Origin: an uncultured Neomegalonema sp. | GTDB lineage: Bacteria; Pseudomonadota; Alphaproteobacteria; Rhodobacterales; Rhodobacteraceae | Reading direction: 5' to 3' | Length of the DNA stretch: 64,000 bases | NCBI GenBank assembly: GCA_938034615.1 | Contig: CALHLW010000066.1 | Coordinates: forward strand, 220 to 64,219 | In this document: in pieces, positions 40,744 through 50,496 of the stretch | How the letters are laid out: each line of letters opens with the position of its first letter | Position numbering within the stretch: position 1 is the stretch's first letter | Made by a program: the position numbers and the translations under genes | Notes under the pieces: generated by a model | What the model was told of the DNA's origin: nothing | Seen by the model: the letters and a program-made list of their open reading frames with translations, nothing else | The model's database searches: none

Positions 40744-42126
40744 CTATTCCGCCGGAACTGCTCCGCTTCGTCGTCGCCTTGCGGGGCGCGCCTCCCCTCG
40801 TCGGGGTTCGGCTTCACCCACGGCCTCCTTCACGATCCGATGCAGCACGATGATCATGCAGACGATGATAAAATAGCCGTCATAATAGGCGAGCGACAGG
40901 AGAACACCGCCGATGGCGTAGCCGGTAACGGAAACCTGCATCATGGATGCCAGATCATACGCCCAGAGGAGATCCGCCCTGCCCTTTGCCATGCGCGCGA
41001 TCCGACCGCAGCTTAGCCATGATCCGATGAGAATGAACAGGAACAGGAACAACCCAGGAAAGCCCGAATCGGTGAGCACTTCGACGTAGATGTTATGCGC
41101 CGCGCGCACTTTGTATTTGGGACTGTCAGAGCAGACATGACTGTCGCTGAGATAGGCGGTAGCAATGTTCTTGTTCTGAATCGAGCGCAGGCCATGCCCG
41201 AAGATCGGGCTGTCCTTCGCCATATCGAGCCCGAGTTGCCAGTTCGCGACGCGCAGGCAGAAACTCTCGTCCAGCCTTTGTTCGTCGTCATAGGCACTTT
41301 CCTTGCCCGCGAATTGGTCGAACGTCGTGGCGATGCGCGCCTTGTATTCAGGGGGCGCGAAGGAGGCGGCACCCAATGCGAGGACGATGATCAAGGTGGC
41401 ACTAACGAACTTGTGGTTGGTCTTGGTCCAGAGAAACGCCATCATCGCGGCCATCGTGATCATCCCGCCGCGCGAGAAGGAGCCGATCACGGCGAGGAAA
41501 CACATGCCCATGCCGATCATCGCCAGATTGCGCATGACCTTGTGATCCGCGTGCTTCCACAGGAAGAAAAGGATCGGTGCCAGCATCAACATGGCAACGG
41601 CGAAGTGGTTGCGATCGTCGATCATCGTGTCGGCGGGGCCAAAGCCCGTATAGCGCCCGATGACGAAGCCGCTGTAGATCGTGACGAGGCCAATCTTCAC
41701 AGCATGATAGCCAAGCGAAAGGGCGTAGGTCCAGACGAGCGAAATCAGGCGATGCGGCGTATTGATGAGAATGAGCAGGATGACCATGTGAACGGCCATC
41801 TTCACCACGAAGTCATTGTAGAACTCCAATGAGGCTTCAGGATCCGGGGCTATCACTGCCGTCAACGTGGTCCAGCCGATGAAAGCGACGAAGCTCATCG
41901 CCAACTTGCCGCCGGGCCAGCCCTTTCGTTCGCTGGAGATGACGAAAGCAATGAGCGTGACCAGGACGATCACGAGGTTCGGGCGCAGCGAGGTAGAGAA
42001 CCCGAACGCTTCGCGGTGCGGATTGAGGATCGCGATCCACGTCCACGCCAGAACACCGATATAGGGTCGGCGCAAGATCATCGGGATCAGCGCAAGGATG
42101 CCGACGAGAATGACGATGTCGCGCAT
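40744..42126 (-). CDS. O-antigen ligase/polymerase-like (Wzy_C) membrane protein, resembling the exosortase-A-associated putative O-glycosylation ligase family
   Basis: 460 aa from ATG 42126: MRDIVILVGILALIPMILRRPYIGVLAWTWIAILNPHREAFGF..., more than 10 TM, SFSRGGMI, and a periplasmic loop with AHNIYVEVLTDSGFPG. The other 413 aa of the 873-aa track ORF are a shadow extension. Confidence 0.7.
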   Translation of the reverse strand: MRDIVILVGILALIPMILRRPYIGVLAWTWIAILNPHREAFGFSTSLRPNLVIVLVTLIAFVISSERKGWPGGKLAMSFVAFIGWTTLTAVIAPDPEASLEFYNDFVVKMAVHMVILLILINTPHRLISLVWTYALSLGYHAVKIGLVTIYSGFVIGRYTGFGPADTMIDDRNHFAVAMLMLAPILFFLWKHADHKVMRNLAMIGMGMCFLAVIGSFSRGGMITMAAMMAFLWTKTNHKFVSATLIIVLALGAASFAPPEYKARIATTFDQFAGKESAYDDEQRLDESFCLRVANWQLGLDMAKDSPIFGHGLRSIQNKNIATAYLSDSHVCSDSPKYKVRAAHNIYVEVLTDSGFPGLFLFLFILIGSWLSCGRIARMAKGRADLLWAYDLASMMQVSVTGYAIGGVLLSLAYYDGYFIIVCMIIVLHRIVKEAVGEAEPRRGEARPARRRRSGAVPAE

Positions 42127-42507
42127 GGGGGTCGCCTTCCGCTCGCTCGATGAAGCCTTCGTTAACCCCGATGGGGGCACTCTCCCTCCGTAGCCGCCCG
42201 ATACTGAAGAGGGCGTTAACCACGGAAAGGGAATGGCGATGATCGGTGGAGGAATGCTGGCCTGTGCGGTCGGGGCGATGATCCTAATCGCTTGGTGGTC
42301 CCTGCCACGCGACGATGCGGATGACCCGGCCACGGGGCTTCTGGCGCTGCGCTCATGGTCGGAGCGAACCGTCTCGCGGACACACGAAACTACAGCAAAA
42401 CGGGATCGACGGCCCAAGGCGAACGGAAAACGCGACCGCCGACCCGACCGCTCCAGACGGCGACATTGACGTGCCCTGCCCTTTTTCAATCCTCGAAAGC
42501 GAATTCG

Positions 42508-43719
42508 ATGCGTGTTCTGACAGTTACCTCGCTCTGGCCCAATGAGGCACAGCCGAACCACGGAATCTTCGTCGAGAACCGAATGGCGCGCGTTCATGCC
42601 ACCGGACGGGCGGAGATCACCGTGATTGCGCCGGTCCCATGGTTTCCGAGCACCGCCTCGGTCTTCGGACCTTATGCAACTTTTGCCAAGGTTCCGGCGC
42701 ACGAAGATCGAAATGGCATCCGCATCGAGCATCCACGCTATGCGACAATACCGAAGGTAGGAATGCGGGTGCAGCCCGCGCTCTATCATGCGGCATTGGC
42801 GCGCTGCGCGAAGCGGTTGATTGCGGAAACCGGACCATTCGATCTGATCGACGCCCATTATTTCTATCCCGACGGCGTGGCCGCAGCCCGACTGGCCGAT
42901 GAATTGAACCTGCCGTTGACGATCACGGCGCGGGGTACGGATATCAATCTCATCCCGAAAGGAAACGATGCGGCACGTCGGGCGATTCTCGCGGCGGCTG
43001 CACGGGCCGATGCGTCCATCACGGTTTGCGAAGCCTTGCGGGCCGAGATGATCGAGATGGGGGCGGATGGCGGACGGATTCATGCGCTGCGCAACGGCGT
43101 CGATCTTGAGGCGTTTCGACCACCCACCACAGAGCGCAACGCACTGAAGGCGGAGCTTGATGTGCCGGTCGATGCACCCCTCGTGGTTTCGGTGGGCGGG
43201 CTGGTCGAGCGAAAAGGGCATCATCTGACCATCGACGCAGTGGCCGCGCAGCCGGGTATTCATCTGCGAATCGCAGGAGCAGGTGAGGAAGAAGAGGCGC
43301 TCAAGGCTCAAATCGCCTCGCTCGGCGTGGAGGATCGCATTCGATTGACAGGGCCGTTGCCCCATTCGGCATTGGCGGACTTCTATGGCGCCGCCGATCT
43401 CTCGGTATTGGCGAGCAGCCGGGAAGGATGGGCGAATGTCCTGCTGGAATCGATGGCCTGCGGAACGCCGGTCGTCGCGACGGATGTGTGGGGAACGCCG
43501 GAAGTGGTTGCGGCCCCGGAGGCGGGATTGCTGTGTTCACGCGACGCCGCCTCTATCGGGACTCAGGTTGCTGCGTTGCTGGAGAACTTGCCGGACCGAG
43601 CAACGACAAGAGCCTACGCAGAAGGATTCTCGTGGGACGAGACGGTGCAGGGAGTCTTGCAAGTCTTCGAGAGCGTCGTCGCTGAATCAGTTACCGAATC
43701 AGGCAGCGACACTGGCTGA
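42508..43719 (+). CDS. Glycosyltransferase family 4
   Basis: MRVLTVTSLWPNEAQPNHGIFV... and a C-terminal EGWANVLLESMACGTPVVATDVWGTPEVV (E-x7-E) motif. ATG at 42508. Confidence 0.8.
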   Translation: MRVLTVTSLWPNEAQPNHGIFVENRMARVHATGRAEITVIAPVPWFPSTASVFGPYATFAKVPAHEDRNGIRIEHPRYATIPKVGMRVQPALYHAALARCAKRLIAETGPFDLIDAHYFYPDGVAAARLADELNLPLTITARGTDINLIPKGNDAARRAILAAAARADASITVCEALRAEMIEMGADGGRIHALRNGVDLEAFRPPTTERNALKAELDVPVDAPLVVSVGGLVERKGHHLTIDAVAAQPGIHLRIAGAGEEEEALKAQIASLGVEDRIRLTGPLPHSALADFYGAADLSVLASSREGWANVLLESMACGTPVVATDVWGTPEVVAAPEAGLLCSRDAASIGTQVAALLENLPDRATTRAYAEGFSWDETVQGVLQVFESVVAESVTESGSDTG

Positions 43720-43723
43720 GGCG

Positions 43724-44818
43724 TCAGGGCCGAATACGTGCCTTCAACTTTCGAGCGATATTTTCGACCATCAGGACAGGCGTGTTTCGCTGTAGCGAAA
43801 CGGCGATGATATCCGGCCCCGGCTGACCAAGGCTGGTCTTGTAGCGATTGGTGCCACCCATGAAATCGTAGATCTCCGCGTTGCCCTTCAGGTGATGCTC
43901 GATGGCAAGGGCATGAGTCACGAGGCCGGGCTTGAGCCGGTTGTCTTCCTCGGTGCAAAAGCCGCTGAGATAGAAAAGAACGCGGCCCCGACTGACGAAG
44001 TTATAGAGCCAGCCGAAAGGCCGACCGCCCGCACTGGCACGCAGGAGTTCAACCTCACCTTTTGGCAGGGCATCGGCCATCATCCGGCGGTGAAAGGCCA
44101 TGTAGTCGGCATTGGCCGTGGCCCCCGCCCCGCCCACAGCTTGCCATTTCGCTTCGTGATGTTCGCCCAATTCAGCAAAGAATCGCTCGACATCGTCGCA
44201 ACGGTCGAGACGCAAAGGGCCACGCTCGGCATAAAGGCGCATGGATCGGCGGAGCTGACTGCGGGTGTTCTTTCCCAAGGTGGCGATATAGGCGTCTGCA
44301 TCCGTCGCGCCCTGTTCGCGCAGGGCAGTGAGGTCGACATGCGCAGAGGTGGTTTCCGCCCGGTGATACATCCCGAGGCCGAGACCGGCCAGAATGCTTG
44401 AGGTGGCATCGGTGGCCCCGCTGACCACGATTTCGTCCCATCGGCCATGGGCGCGCAGCGGCCGCATTGCGGCGTGCCATGCTGCCGCTTCCATTCCCGG
44501 CGCGCAGAGCAGCGAATTGAACTCGATCGTAATGGCATCGCGCGACGTGATGCCAGTGTCGTGCAGGCGCATCTGACGAATTGGCAGACCCCGGCGCCGC
44601 TCGACGAATTGGACGAAAAGGCCAAGGGCGATGTCAGTGCCCTCTCCATCAGTCACGGCGAGCAAGAGCGGCGGTGTATCGAGTGTCGCAATCCACGGGC
44701 CGATCCATGTCCATGACAGAAAGAACGGACCACCGACGCGGGTTTCGAGCACGCGCCATCGATCAGCCAGAGCCGCCGTATCGGTTACGGGGGTCAGATC
44801 GCTTGATAAGGGCATCAT
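43724..44818 (-). CDS. GNAT-fold acyltransferase of the FemAB/CelD (BioF2-like, Acetyltransf_6) type
   Basis: 364 aa. The layout resembles CelD/FemAB-like proteins of EPS loci (WRVLE...FLSWTWI...; C-terminal YDFMGG...YK). Assignment is by resemblance only. Confidence 0.55.
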   Translation of the reverse strand: MMPLSSDLTPVTDTAALADRWRVLETRVGGPFFLSWTWIGPWIATLDTPPLLLAVTDGEGTDIALGLFVQFVERRRGLPIRQMRLHDTGITSRDAITIEFNSLLCAPGMEAAAWHAAMRPLRAHGRWDEIVVSGATDATSSILAGLGLGMYHRAETTSAHVDLTALREQGATDADAYIATLGKNTRSQLRRSMRLYAERGPLRLDRCDDVERFFAELGEHHEAKWQAVGGAGATANADYMAFHRRMMADALPKGEVELLRASAGGRPFGWLYNFVSRGRVLFYLSGFCTEEDNRLKPGLVTHALAIEHHLKGNAEIYDFMGGTNRYKTSLGQPGPDIIAVSLQRNTPVLMVENIARKLKARIRP

Positions 44819-44879
44819 TCGTTTCTCTCCCGCATCAATGGGCTGCGCAGCTTAACGCGCCGTTCGTGAATCGGGAGTT

Positions 44880-45974
44880 ATGCAAAGGATGAACCGATTC
44901 ATAAAAGGGCCGCCCGTGACGCTTGACCCAACCAGCTTCGACCTCGCGGTGTTACCCGACAATATGGCTCCCAGCCTTACGGTCGTCATCGATACCGAAG
45001 AGGAATTCGACTGGACGGCACCGTTTTCACGGTTGTCGCGGGGAACGCGCAATCTGGACGAACTGTTGCACTTACAGGCGATTCTCGACCGGCATGGGGC
45101 CGTGCCGCTCTACGTGATCGACCATCCGGTCGCCTCCGATGCCGGAGCGATGCGCTGGATGAGCGGTGTGCGGGATCGAGGGGCATGCGAAATCGGGGCG
45201 CATATGCATCCTTGGGTCACACCACCCCATGACGAGACGATCAGCGACCGAAATTCCTTCACCTGCAATCTGCCGGAGACGCTGCAGCTCGCAAAGATCG
45301 TTACACTCACACGGACGATTACCGAGGCAGTCGGGGAACGGCCCACGGCATTTCGTACCGGGCGCTACGGTGTCGGGGCGGCAGTGTTCGAAGCGTTGAG
45401 AGAAACGGGATATACGACCGACCTGTCCGTCGCGCCCCATTCCTGCTTTGCCGCACAAGGAGGCCCGGCTTTCTACGGATGGCACAATCGTCCGTTCTGG
45501 GCAGATGCCGACAAGCGGTTGTTGAGTCTGCCCGTGACGACCGGCTTCTCGGGAACATTGCGCGGATTCGGTCCGGCCCTTGCGCCTTTTCTGGACAAAC
45601 CACTGGCACGGCGGATGCACGTGCCGGGAATGCTGGCCCATATGCGATTGCTGGAACGCGCACGACTGACGCCCGAAGGCACGGGGCTGGAAGAGATGCA
45701 ACGCCTGATCTCTGCGATGGTGCGGGACGGCGAAAAGGTTTTGACGCTGTCGCTCCATTCTTCGACGCTGCTGCCAGGTGCGACGGTCTATGCCCATGAC
45801 GAAGCCGAGCGTGACGCGCTTCTGGCCCGTATCGATGAAGTCCTTGGTTGGTTCACCTCCAAACTTGGCGGGGTTCTTGCAGCCGTGTCCGGTATCGACG
45901 CGGCGATCCGGGGCGTCCCGGTGCGTTCGTCAAACCTTAAGCCTGATCCCGTAGGATCGCGCCAAACCGCCTGA
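44880..45974 (+). CDS. Polysaccharide deacetylase-like protein (WalW-type)
   Basis: 364 aa with VVIDTEEEFDW, PLYVIDHPV, GAHMHPWVTPP and FRTGRYG. Family call is from memory of similarly annotated Rhodobacterales proteins. Confidence 0.5.
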   Translation: MQRMNRFIKGPPVTLDPTSFDLAVLPDNMAPSLTVVIDTEEEFDWTAPFSRLSRGTRNLDELLHLQAILDRHGAVPLYVIDHPVASDAGAMRWMSGVRDRGACEIGAHMHPWVTPPHDETISDRNSFTCNLPETLQLAKIVTLTRTITEAVGERPTAFRTGRYGVGAAVFEALRETGYTTDLSVAPHSCFAAQGGPAFYGWHNRPFWADADKRLLSLPVTTGFSGTLRGFGPALAPFLDKPLARRMHVPGMLAHMRLLERARLTPEGTGLEEMQRLISAMVRDGEKVLTLSLHSSTLLPGATVYAHDEAERDALLARIDEVLGWFTSKLGGVLAAVSGIDAAIRGVPVRSSNLKPDPVGSRQTA

Positions 45975-45992
45975 CCCGAGGGAACGTCCGTC

Positions 45993-46646
45993 ATGACCCC
46001 TATTCGCCTTCTTGCTTCTATGCTGCTCTGCGTCGTTTTGACGGCATGTAACGGCATATCTTCGCAGCTCGACTATGCGCCGGATAACCAGCAGATCACT
46101 GCCGGTGCTGCGCGGGGCACGAGCGCGGGTACGACTGCGCCGAACTATCGATTCGGCCCCGGTGAGACGGTGCAGATTTTCGTTTGGCGCTCGCCTGAGC
46201 TTTCGACGACCGTGCCGATTCGGCCCGATGGGCGCTTCTCCATGCCGCTGATCGAAGACCTGGCCGCCGCAGGCAAAACGCCGACCGAACTGGCCCGCGA
46301 TATCGAAGACAAGCTGCGCGCCTATGTCCAAGACCCCATCGTGACGGTGATTGCCCGCGTCGACGGCCCCGGTGATCCGCGTCAGCAGATCAAGGTGCTC
46401 GGACAGGCCGTCAATCCGTCCTCCCTGCCTTATCGCAGCGGAATGACGGTGCTGGACGTCATCATCTCCGTGGGCGGTCTGACGGAATTTGCGGACGGAA
46501 ACTCCGCCGTTCTCGTTCGTCGTGAAGGGCTAGACAAGACGTCCTATCGCATCCGCCTCGACGATCTTGTCCGCAAGGGTGATATCGCCGCCGACCGCCC
46601 CCTGCTGCCGGGCGATACGATTATCATTCCCGAAAGCTTCATCTGA
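45993..46646 (+). CDS. Polysaccharide export outer-membrane lipoprotein (Wza-like: Poly_export plus SLBB)
   Basis: Lipobox LLCVVLTAC, then YRFGPGETVQIFVW...IRPDGRFSMPLI...AAGKTPTELARDIE, and an SLBB-like C-terminus ending PGDTIIIPE. Confidence 0.8.
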   Translation: MTPIRLLASMLLCVVLTACNGISSQLDYAPDNQQITAGAARGTSAGTTAPNYRFGPGETVQIFVWRSPELSTTVPIRPDGRFSMPLIEDLAAAGKTPTELARDIEDKLRAYVQDPIVTVIARVDGPGDPRQQIKVLGQAVNPSSLPYRSGMTVLDVIISVGGLTEFADGNSAVLVRREGLDKTSYRIRLDDLVRKGDIAADRPLLPGDTIIIPESFI

Positions 46647-46671
46647 TCCGAGGTTTATCGCGACAGTTTCA

Positions 46672-46703
46672 GAAGCCCTCGGTTCGCGCCGAGGGCTTTT
46701 TTC
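46672..46703 (+). terminator. Rho-independent terminator after the export gene
   Basis: Perfect 10-bp stem AAGCCCTCGG / CCGAGGGCTT, loop ttcgcg, followed by a T run (TTTTTT). Confidence 0.8.
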
Positions 46704-46728
46704 CTGTGTTAAAGATGGATGCGCTGAA

Positions 46729-47175
46729 TCAGAGCGCTTTCTCCATCTGCACCGTATTCGCGGCGATTCCTGTCTGCTCGCTTCCGTCCCAATCATGCCG
46801 TCGCCAGCCGATTTTTTCGTAATACCCGACGGCTGAACGGTGGGAATTAACGCGCAGGGTCGTTAAGCCGCTGCGCTTGGCCTCCATGTCGATCAGATCG
46901 GACAGGGCACGACCATAGCCCTTGCCTTGCAATGCTTCCTCAATTGCAACGAGACGAAGGATGCCAATGTCATCGTGCCGGTCGAGGCGACAGGTACCGA
47001 TGGCCTCGCCATCGACAATCAGCAGGTAAGGCGTATGCGACCTTATTCGATCATCGGGGTGATTCTCGTCGTATACGATATCGTTGCGCAATCCATCAAA
47101 GAGGATCGCTCGACGGATACCATGGAGAGTGGCCCAGTCTTCGGGAGTTTGGACAGCACGCAGTATGCAAGACAT
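46729..47175 (-). CDS. GNAT family N-acetyltransferase
   Basis: 148 aa. LRLVAIEEALQGKGYGRAL (Q/RxxGxG/A acetyl-CoA motif) and ...AVGYYEKIGW. Lies 14 nt downstream of hisZ. Confidence 0.75.
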   Translation of the reverse strand: MSCILRAVQTPEDWATLHGIRRAILFDGLRNDIVYDENHPDDRIRSHTPYLLIVDGEAIGTCRLDRHDDIGILRLVAIEEALQGKGYGRALSDLIDMEAKRSGLTTLRVNSHRSAVGYYEKIGWRRHDWDGSEQTGIAANTVQMEKAL

Positions 47176-47189
47176 GGCGTTTTTCTCGT

Positions 47190-48377
47190 TCAGGAACTGT
47201 CGCTGACTTCCAGAATCGTCTCCGGCCTCAATGCCGCGCCGATGGCTCCTTTTGCTGCCGGAGGCGTAACGCCGAAGGCGCGGGCGGCGGCGGGGAGCAT
47301 GGAATCGTAGCGCCCTCCTCCGGCAAGCTGGGCCGCACGGCGGTTTTCGATTGCGAGAGTACGGTCGATGATCTCGAAGACAAAGCCGTCGTAATATTCA
47401 AGATTGCGCCCGAAATCGCCATCGAAGGGGAGTGTCGCAGCGTCGATGCCCTGTCGTTCCAGCGCGGCCATGCGCGCCTCGAACGTCGCGAGCGCCGCGG
47501 CGATGCCAAGGGCGGTTTCCTGTGCGAGGGCGTGGAGGCGGTTCAGCGCGTCGGCGCAGGGCGCTTTCAGAGCCGCGGTTTCCTCGATGGCAGCCACGAT
47601 CTCGCGCGGCAAGGGGTGCGCTTGCGCGTCCTCGGCCTGTTCGAGGAATCGTTGGGAGATTTCCTCGTGGGTACGCAGGCCGACATGCTCGGTGCCCGAG
47701 AGGTCGAGCATGTGGGTGACGGCGGCGCGGGCCTGCTCAGGGGCAAGGCCACCGAGGGCCTTCAGGAAGGCAAGGCGTCCGGCTTCGTCGGTGCTGCCTT
47801 CCGACAATTCATGCAGCAGGGCGTGAAATCGGCGGGGACGCCAGACATGGCGCTTTAGGCGGGCGCGCCAGCGATCCGGGATCGGGGCAGCGTCGATCAG
47901 CGAGAAGAGGATACCAAGATCGCCGGTCGTGACCTCAATCGCGCATCCCGTTTCGAGAAGCGCGGTCTGGGTTCGCGCGAAGACTTCGGCATCGATTCGC
48001 GCCGGATCATCGCCGCCGAACCATTCGCAGCCGATCTGTCGAAACTGTCCGGCGCGGGTATCGTCCGGCAAGGGACGACGGAAGACAGGGCCGGTGGCGA
48101 CGTAGCGGGCCTCGCGCTCGCCATGCTGCTGCGTGAGATGGTAACGACAGATCGAGAGGGTCAGATCGGGCCGCAGGCACAGGTCGCCCTCGGGTCCATC
48201 GAAGACGAAAGCGCGGGCGCGAACGTCCTCACCGTAGAGATCGAGCAGGTTTTCGGCATCGAGAATCTGACCCGGTTCGATATGCGACCAGAAATCGCCC
48301 CCGATCACGCCGAGAAGGCGATTTTCCAACGCAAGAGCAGCCTCGCGGGACGGGGCATCCACATCGGGCGACATCAT
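47190..48377 (-). CDS. hisZ: ATP phosphoribosyltransferase regulatory subunit
   Basis: About 395 aa, HisRS-like core lacking the anticodon domain ([31 protein letters not shown]). Its start overlaps the hisS stop (ATGATG). Confidence 0.8.
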   Translation of the reverse strand: MMSPDVDAPSREAALALENRLLGVIGGDFWSHIEPGQILDAENLLDLYGEDVRARAFVFDGPEGDLCLRPDLTLSICRYHLTQQHGEREARYVATGPVFRRPLPDDTRAGQFRQIGCEWFGGDDPARIDAEVFARTQTALLETGCAIEVTTGDLGILFSLIDAAPIPDRWRARLKRHVWRPRRFHALLHELSEGSTDEAGRLAFLKALGGLAPEQARAAVTHMLDLSGTEHVGLRTHEEISQRFLEQAEDAQAHPLPREIVAAIEETAALKAPCADALNRLHALAQETALGIAAALATFEARMAALERQGIDAATLPFDGDFGRNLEYYDGFVFEIIDRTLAIENRRAAQLAGGGRYDSMLPAAARAFGVTPPAAKGAIGAALRPETILEVSDSS

Positions 48378-49870
48378 GGGGCGGATTGCCGATCCATGAT
48401 CGCGCGGATGGTGGCGAGAATCCGGCCTCGTTCGACTTCCTGCTGCGCAGGCTGGGCCTTCCATTCCTCGTTGGATTCAATCTCGGAGGCGAGGCTTGTC
48501 CCGAGGACGAGATCCTTGATTTGGACCGTGCCGCTTTCGCGTTCCTGCGAGCCGATGATGACGGCGGCGGGAGCGTGGCGTTTATCGGCGTATTTCAACT
48601 GCTTACCGAGGTTCGTTCCGCCGCCCATATAGACTTCGGCACGGATACCATCGTTTCGCAATTCGGTAGCTATGGTCTGGTATTCAGACATCTGATCGCG
48701 TTCGAGTGCAAGGATCACTACAGGGCCTTGGGCTTTGTTTTCGCTTGAATTCGCGCGCGCCCGCAAGGCAGCGAGCAGACGATCCACGCCGATGGAAACG
48801 CCTGTGCCGGGCATTTTCTGGCCTATGAAGCGCCCGACCAGATCGTCATAACGACCGCCTCCGGCAACCGAGCCGAACTGGCGTTTCTCGCCTTTTTCAT
48901 CGGTGACTTCAAAGGTCAACTCGGCTTCGTAGACCGGGCCAGTGTAGTAATCGAGGCCACGCACGACGGAGGGATCGATCACCACAAGCGGCGCGCTGTA
49001 GCCTTGGGAATCGAGGAACTTCGCCATGGTTTCGAGTTCCTGAACGCCTTCGATCCCCTGTTCGGAAGCCCCGACCAATTCACGCAAGCGCGCGCAGGTC
49101 GCGGCCCCATCTGCGCGACCGGCAGAGACGAATCCCATCAGCAGATCAATTTGCTCTGGCGCCAAGTTCGCGCCTTCGGTGAAGTCGCCGCTTTCATCCT
49201 TGCGGCCCTCGCCAAGCAGCGCACGGACGCCGGTTTCCCCAAGGCGGTCGAGTTTGTCGATGGCGCGCAAAGCAATGCCTCGGCGAGGCTCCTCATCCTC
49301 ACCCTGAAGCCCCGATTCCTCCAATATACCGTTGAGAACCTTGCGGTTATTGATGCGGATAACGAAGTCATCGCGTCCGATCCCAGCGGCTTGCAGAGCA
49401 TCGGCCAGCATCGCGCAAATCTCGGCATCGGCGATCACGGTGGACGTACCGACGGTATCGGCATCACATTGATAGAACTGTCGGAAACGCCCCGGTCCTG
49501 GCTTTTCGTTGCGCCAGACCGGACCCATCGCATAGCGACGGTAGGGCGAGGGCAAATCCTGCCGGTACTGCGCCGCAACCCGCGCCAACGGAGCGGTCAT
49601 GTCATAGCGCAGTGCGACCCAACTTTCGTCATCGTCCTGAAACCCGAAGACACCGCCCATCGGGCGATCAACATCGGGCAGGAATTTGCCGAGCGACTCG
49701 ACGGTTTCGATGGCGGGCGTCTCCAGCCGATCAAACCCGTGCATGTGATACACTTCCGCGATGCGGGAGAGCATCTGCTCGCGTTCCAGCACATCCTCGC
49801 CAAAGCTATCGTGGAAGCCACGCGGCAGTTCTGCCTTGGGCCGTTTGGGTTTATTGGCTTTCTTCGCCAT
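48374..49870 (-). CDS. hisS: Histidine--tRNA ligase
   Basis: 498 aa with [35 protein letters not shown] and GGGRYD. Confidence 0.95.
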   Translation of the reverse strand: MAKKANKPKRPKAELPRGFHDSFGEDVLEREQMLSRIAEVYHMHGFDRLETPAIETVESLGKFLPDVDRPMGGVFGFQDDDESWVALRYDMTAPLARVAAQYRQDLPSPYRRYAMGPVWRNEKPGPGRFRQFYQCDADTVGTSTVIADAEICAMLADALQAAGIGRDDFVIRINNRKVLNGILEESGLQGEDEEPRRGIALRAIDKLDRLGETGVRALLGEGRKDESGDFTEGANLAPEQIDLLMGFVSAGRADGAATCARLRELVGASEQGIEGVQELETMAKFLDSQGYSAPLVVIDPSVVRGLDYYTGPVYEAELTFEVTDEKGEKRQFGSVAGGGRYDDLVGRFIGQKMPGTGVSIGVDRLLAALRARANSSENKAQGPVVILALERDQMSEYQTIATELRNDGIRAEVYMGGGTNLGKQLKYADKRHAPAAVIIGSQERESGTVQIKDLVLGTSLASEIESNEEWKAQPAQQEVERGRILATIRAIMDRQSAP

Positions 49871-49911
49871 ATCGTCTGATCTTTCCGATTCAAAAGCCTG
49901 CCGATGCAGAC

Positions 49912-50370
49912 CTATCCACTCGCAAGTGCCGCCTTGACCTTCTTCCCGGCCATGCCGAAATCCATGCGTCCGAGATTCTCGGCGCGCAGATGAGCCATGA
50001 CTGCCCCCATATCCTTGAGCGACGCCGCACCGGTTGCCTCAACGGCATCGCGCACGGCGGCATCGACTTCCGCCTCATCCATAGGTTTGGGCAGGAACTC
50101 CTTGATGATGACGATCTCTTCGCGTTCCCGCTCGCAAAGCTCGACCCTGCCTCCGCTCTCGTAAAGCGTGGCCGAATCCTCGCGCTGTTTGATCATCTTC
50201 TGGAGCAGGGACATGATCGCGGCATCATCGACGCCGCCACCCTCCTCCGCTCCCCGTCCGGCGATGTCTGCCTGCGTAATTGCGGCGCGGATCAGGCGCA
50301 GGGTTGCCAGCCGAACGGGGTCGCGCGACTTCATGGCGGTCTTGAAGGCTTCGTCGATACGCTGGCGCAT
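49912..50370 (-). CDS. GatB/YqeY domain-containing protein
   Basis: 152 aa: [17 protein letters not shown]...LRLIRAAI...[11 protein letters not shown]...[11 protein letters not shown]. Confidence 0.8.
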   Translation of the reverse strand: MRQRIDEAFKTAMKSRDPVRLATLRLIRAAITQADIAGRGAEEGGGVDDAAIMSLLQKMIKQREDSATLYESGGRVELCEREREEIVIIKEFLPKPMDEAEVDAAVRDAVEATGAASLKDMGAVMAHLRAENLGRMDFGMAGKKVKAALASG

Positions 50371-50496
50371 GGTTCTCTCCCGCAGCTTGCCCGTCCTCCT
50401 AACCGATCTTTAAGGGATTGGAAAACCCGACTTTGCAAACGGAACGTGTTGGACTAGAGAAGCGCCCGACCCGTCCCCCGCAAGAGGAGCCATCCT

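Noticed and set aside
41045-41062. Tandem hexamer gaacag-gaacag-gaacaa
   Set aside because: It lies inside the ligase-like CDS and simply encodes the LFLFLF stretch of a TM helix on the minus strand. It is not a regulatory or VNTR-type repeat.
40744-43365. 873-aa ORF that could be read as a giant fusion protein
   Set aside because: Only the C-terminal 460 aa (from ATG 42126) look like a real membrane protein. The N-terminal 413 aa are Arg/Pro/Gly-rich shadow sequence, antisense to the GT4 gene and its upstream region.
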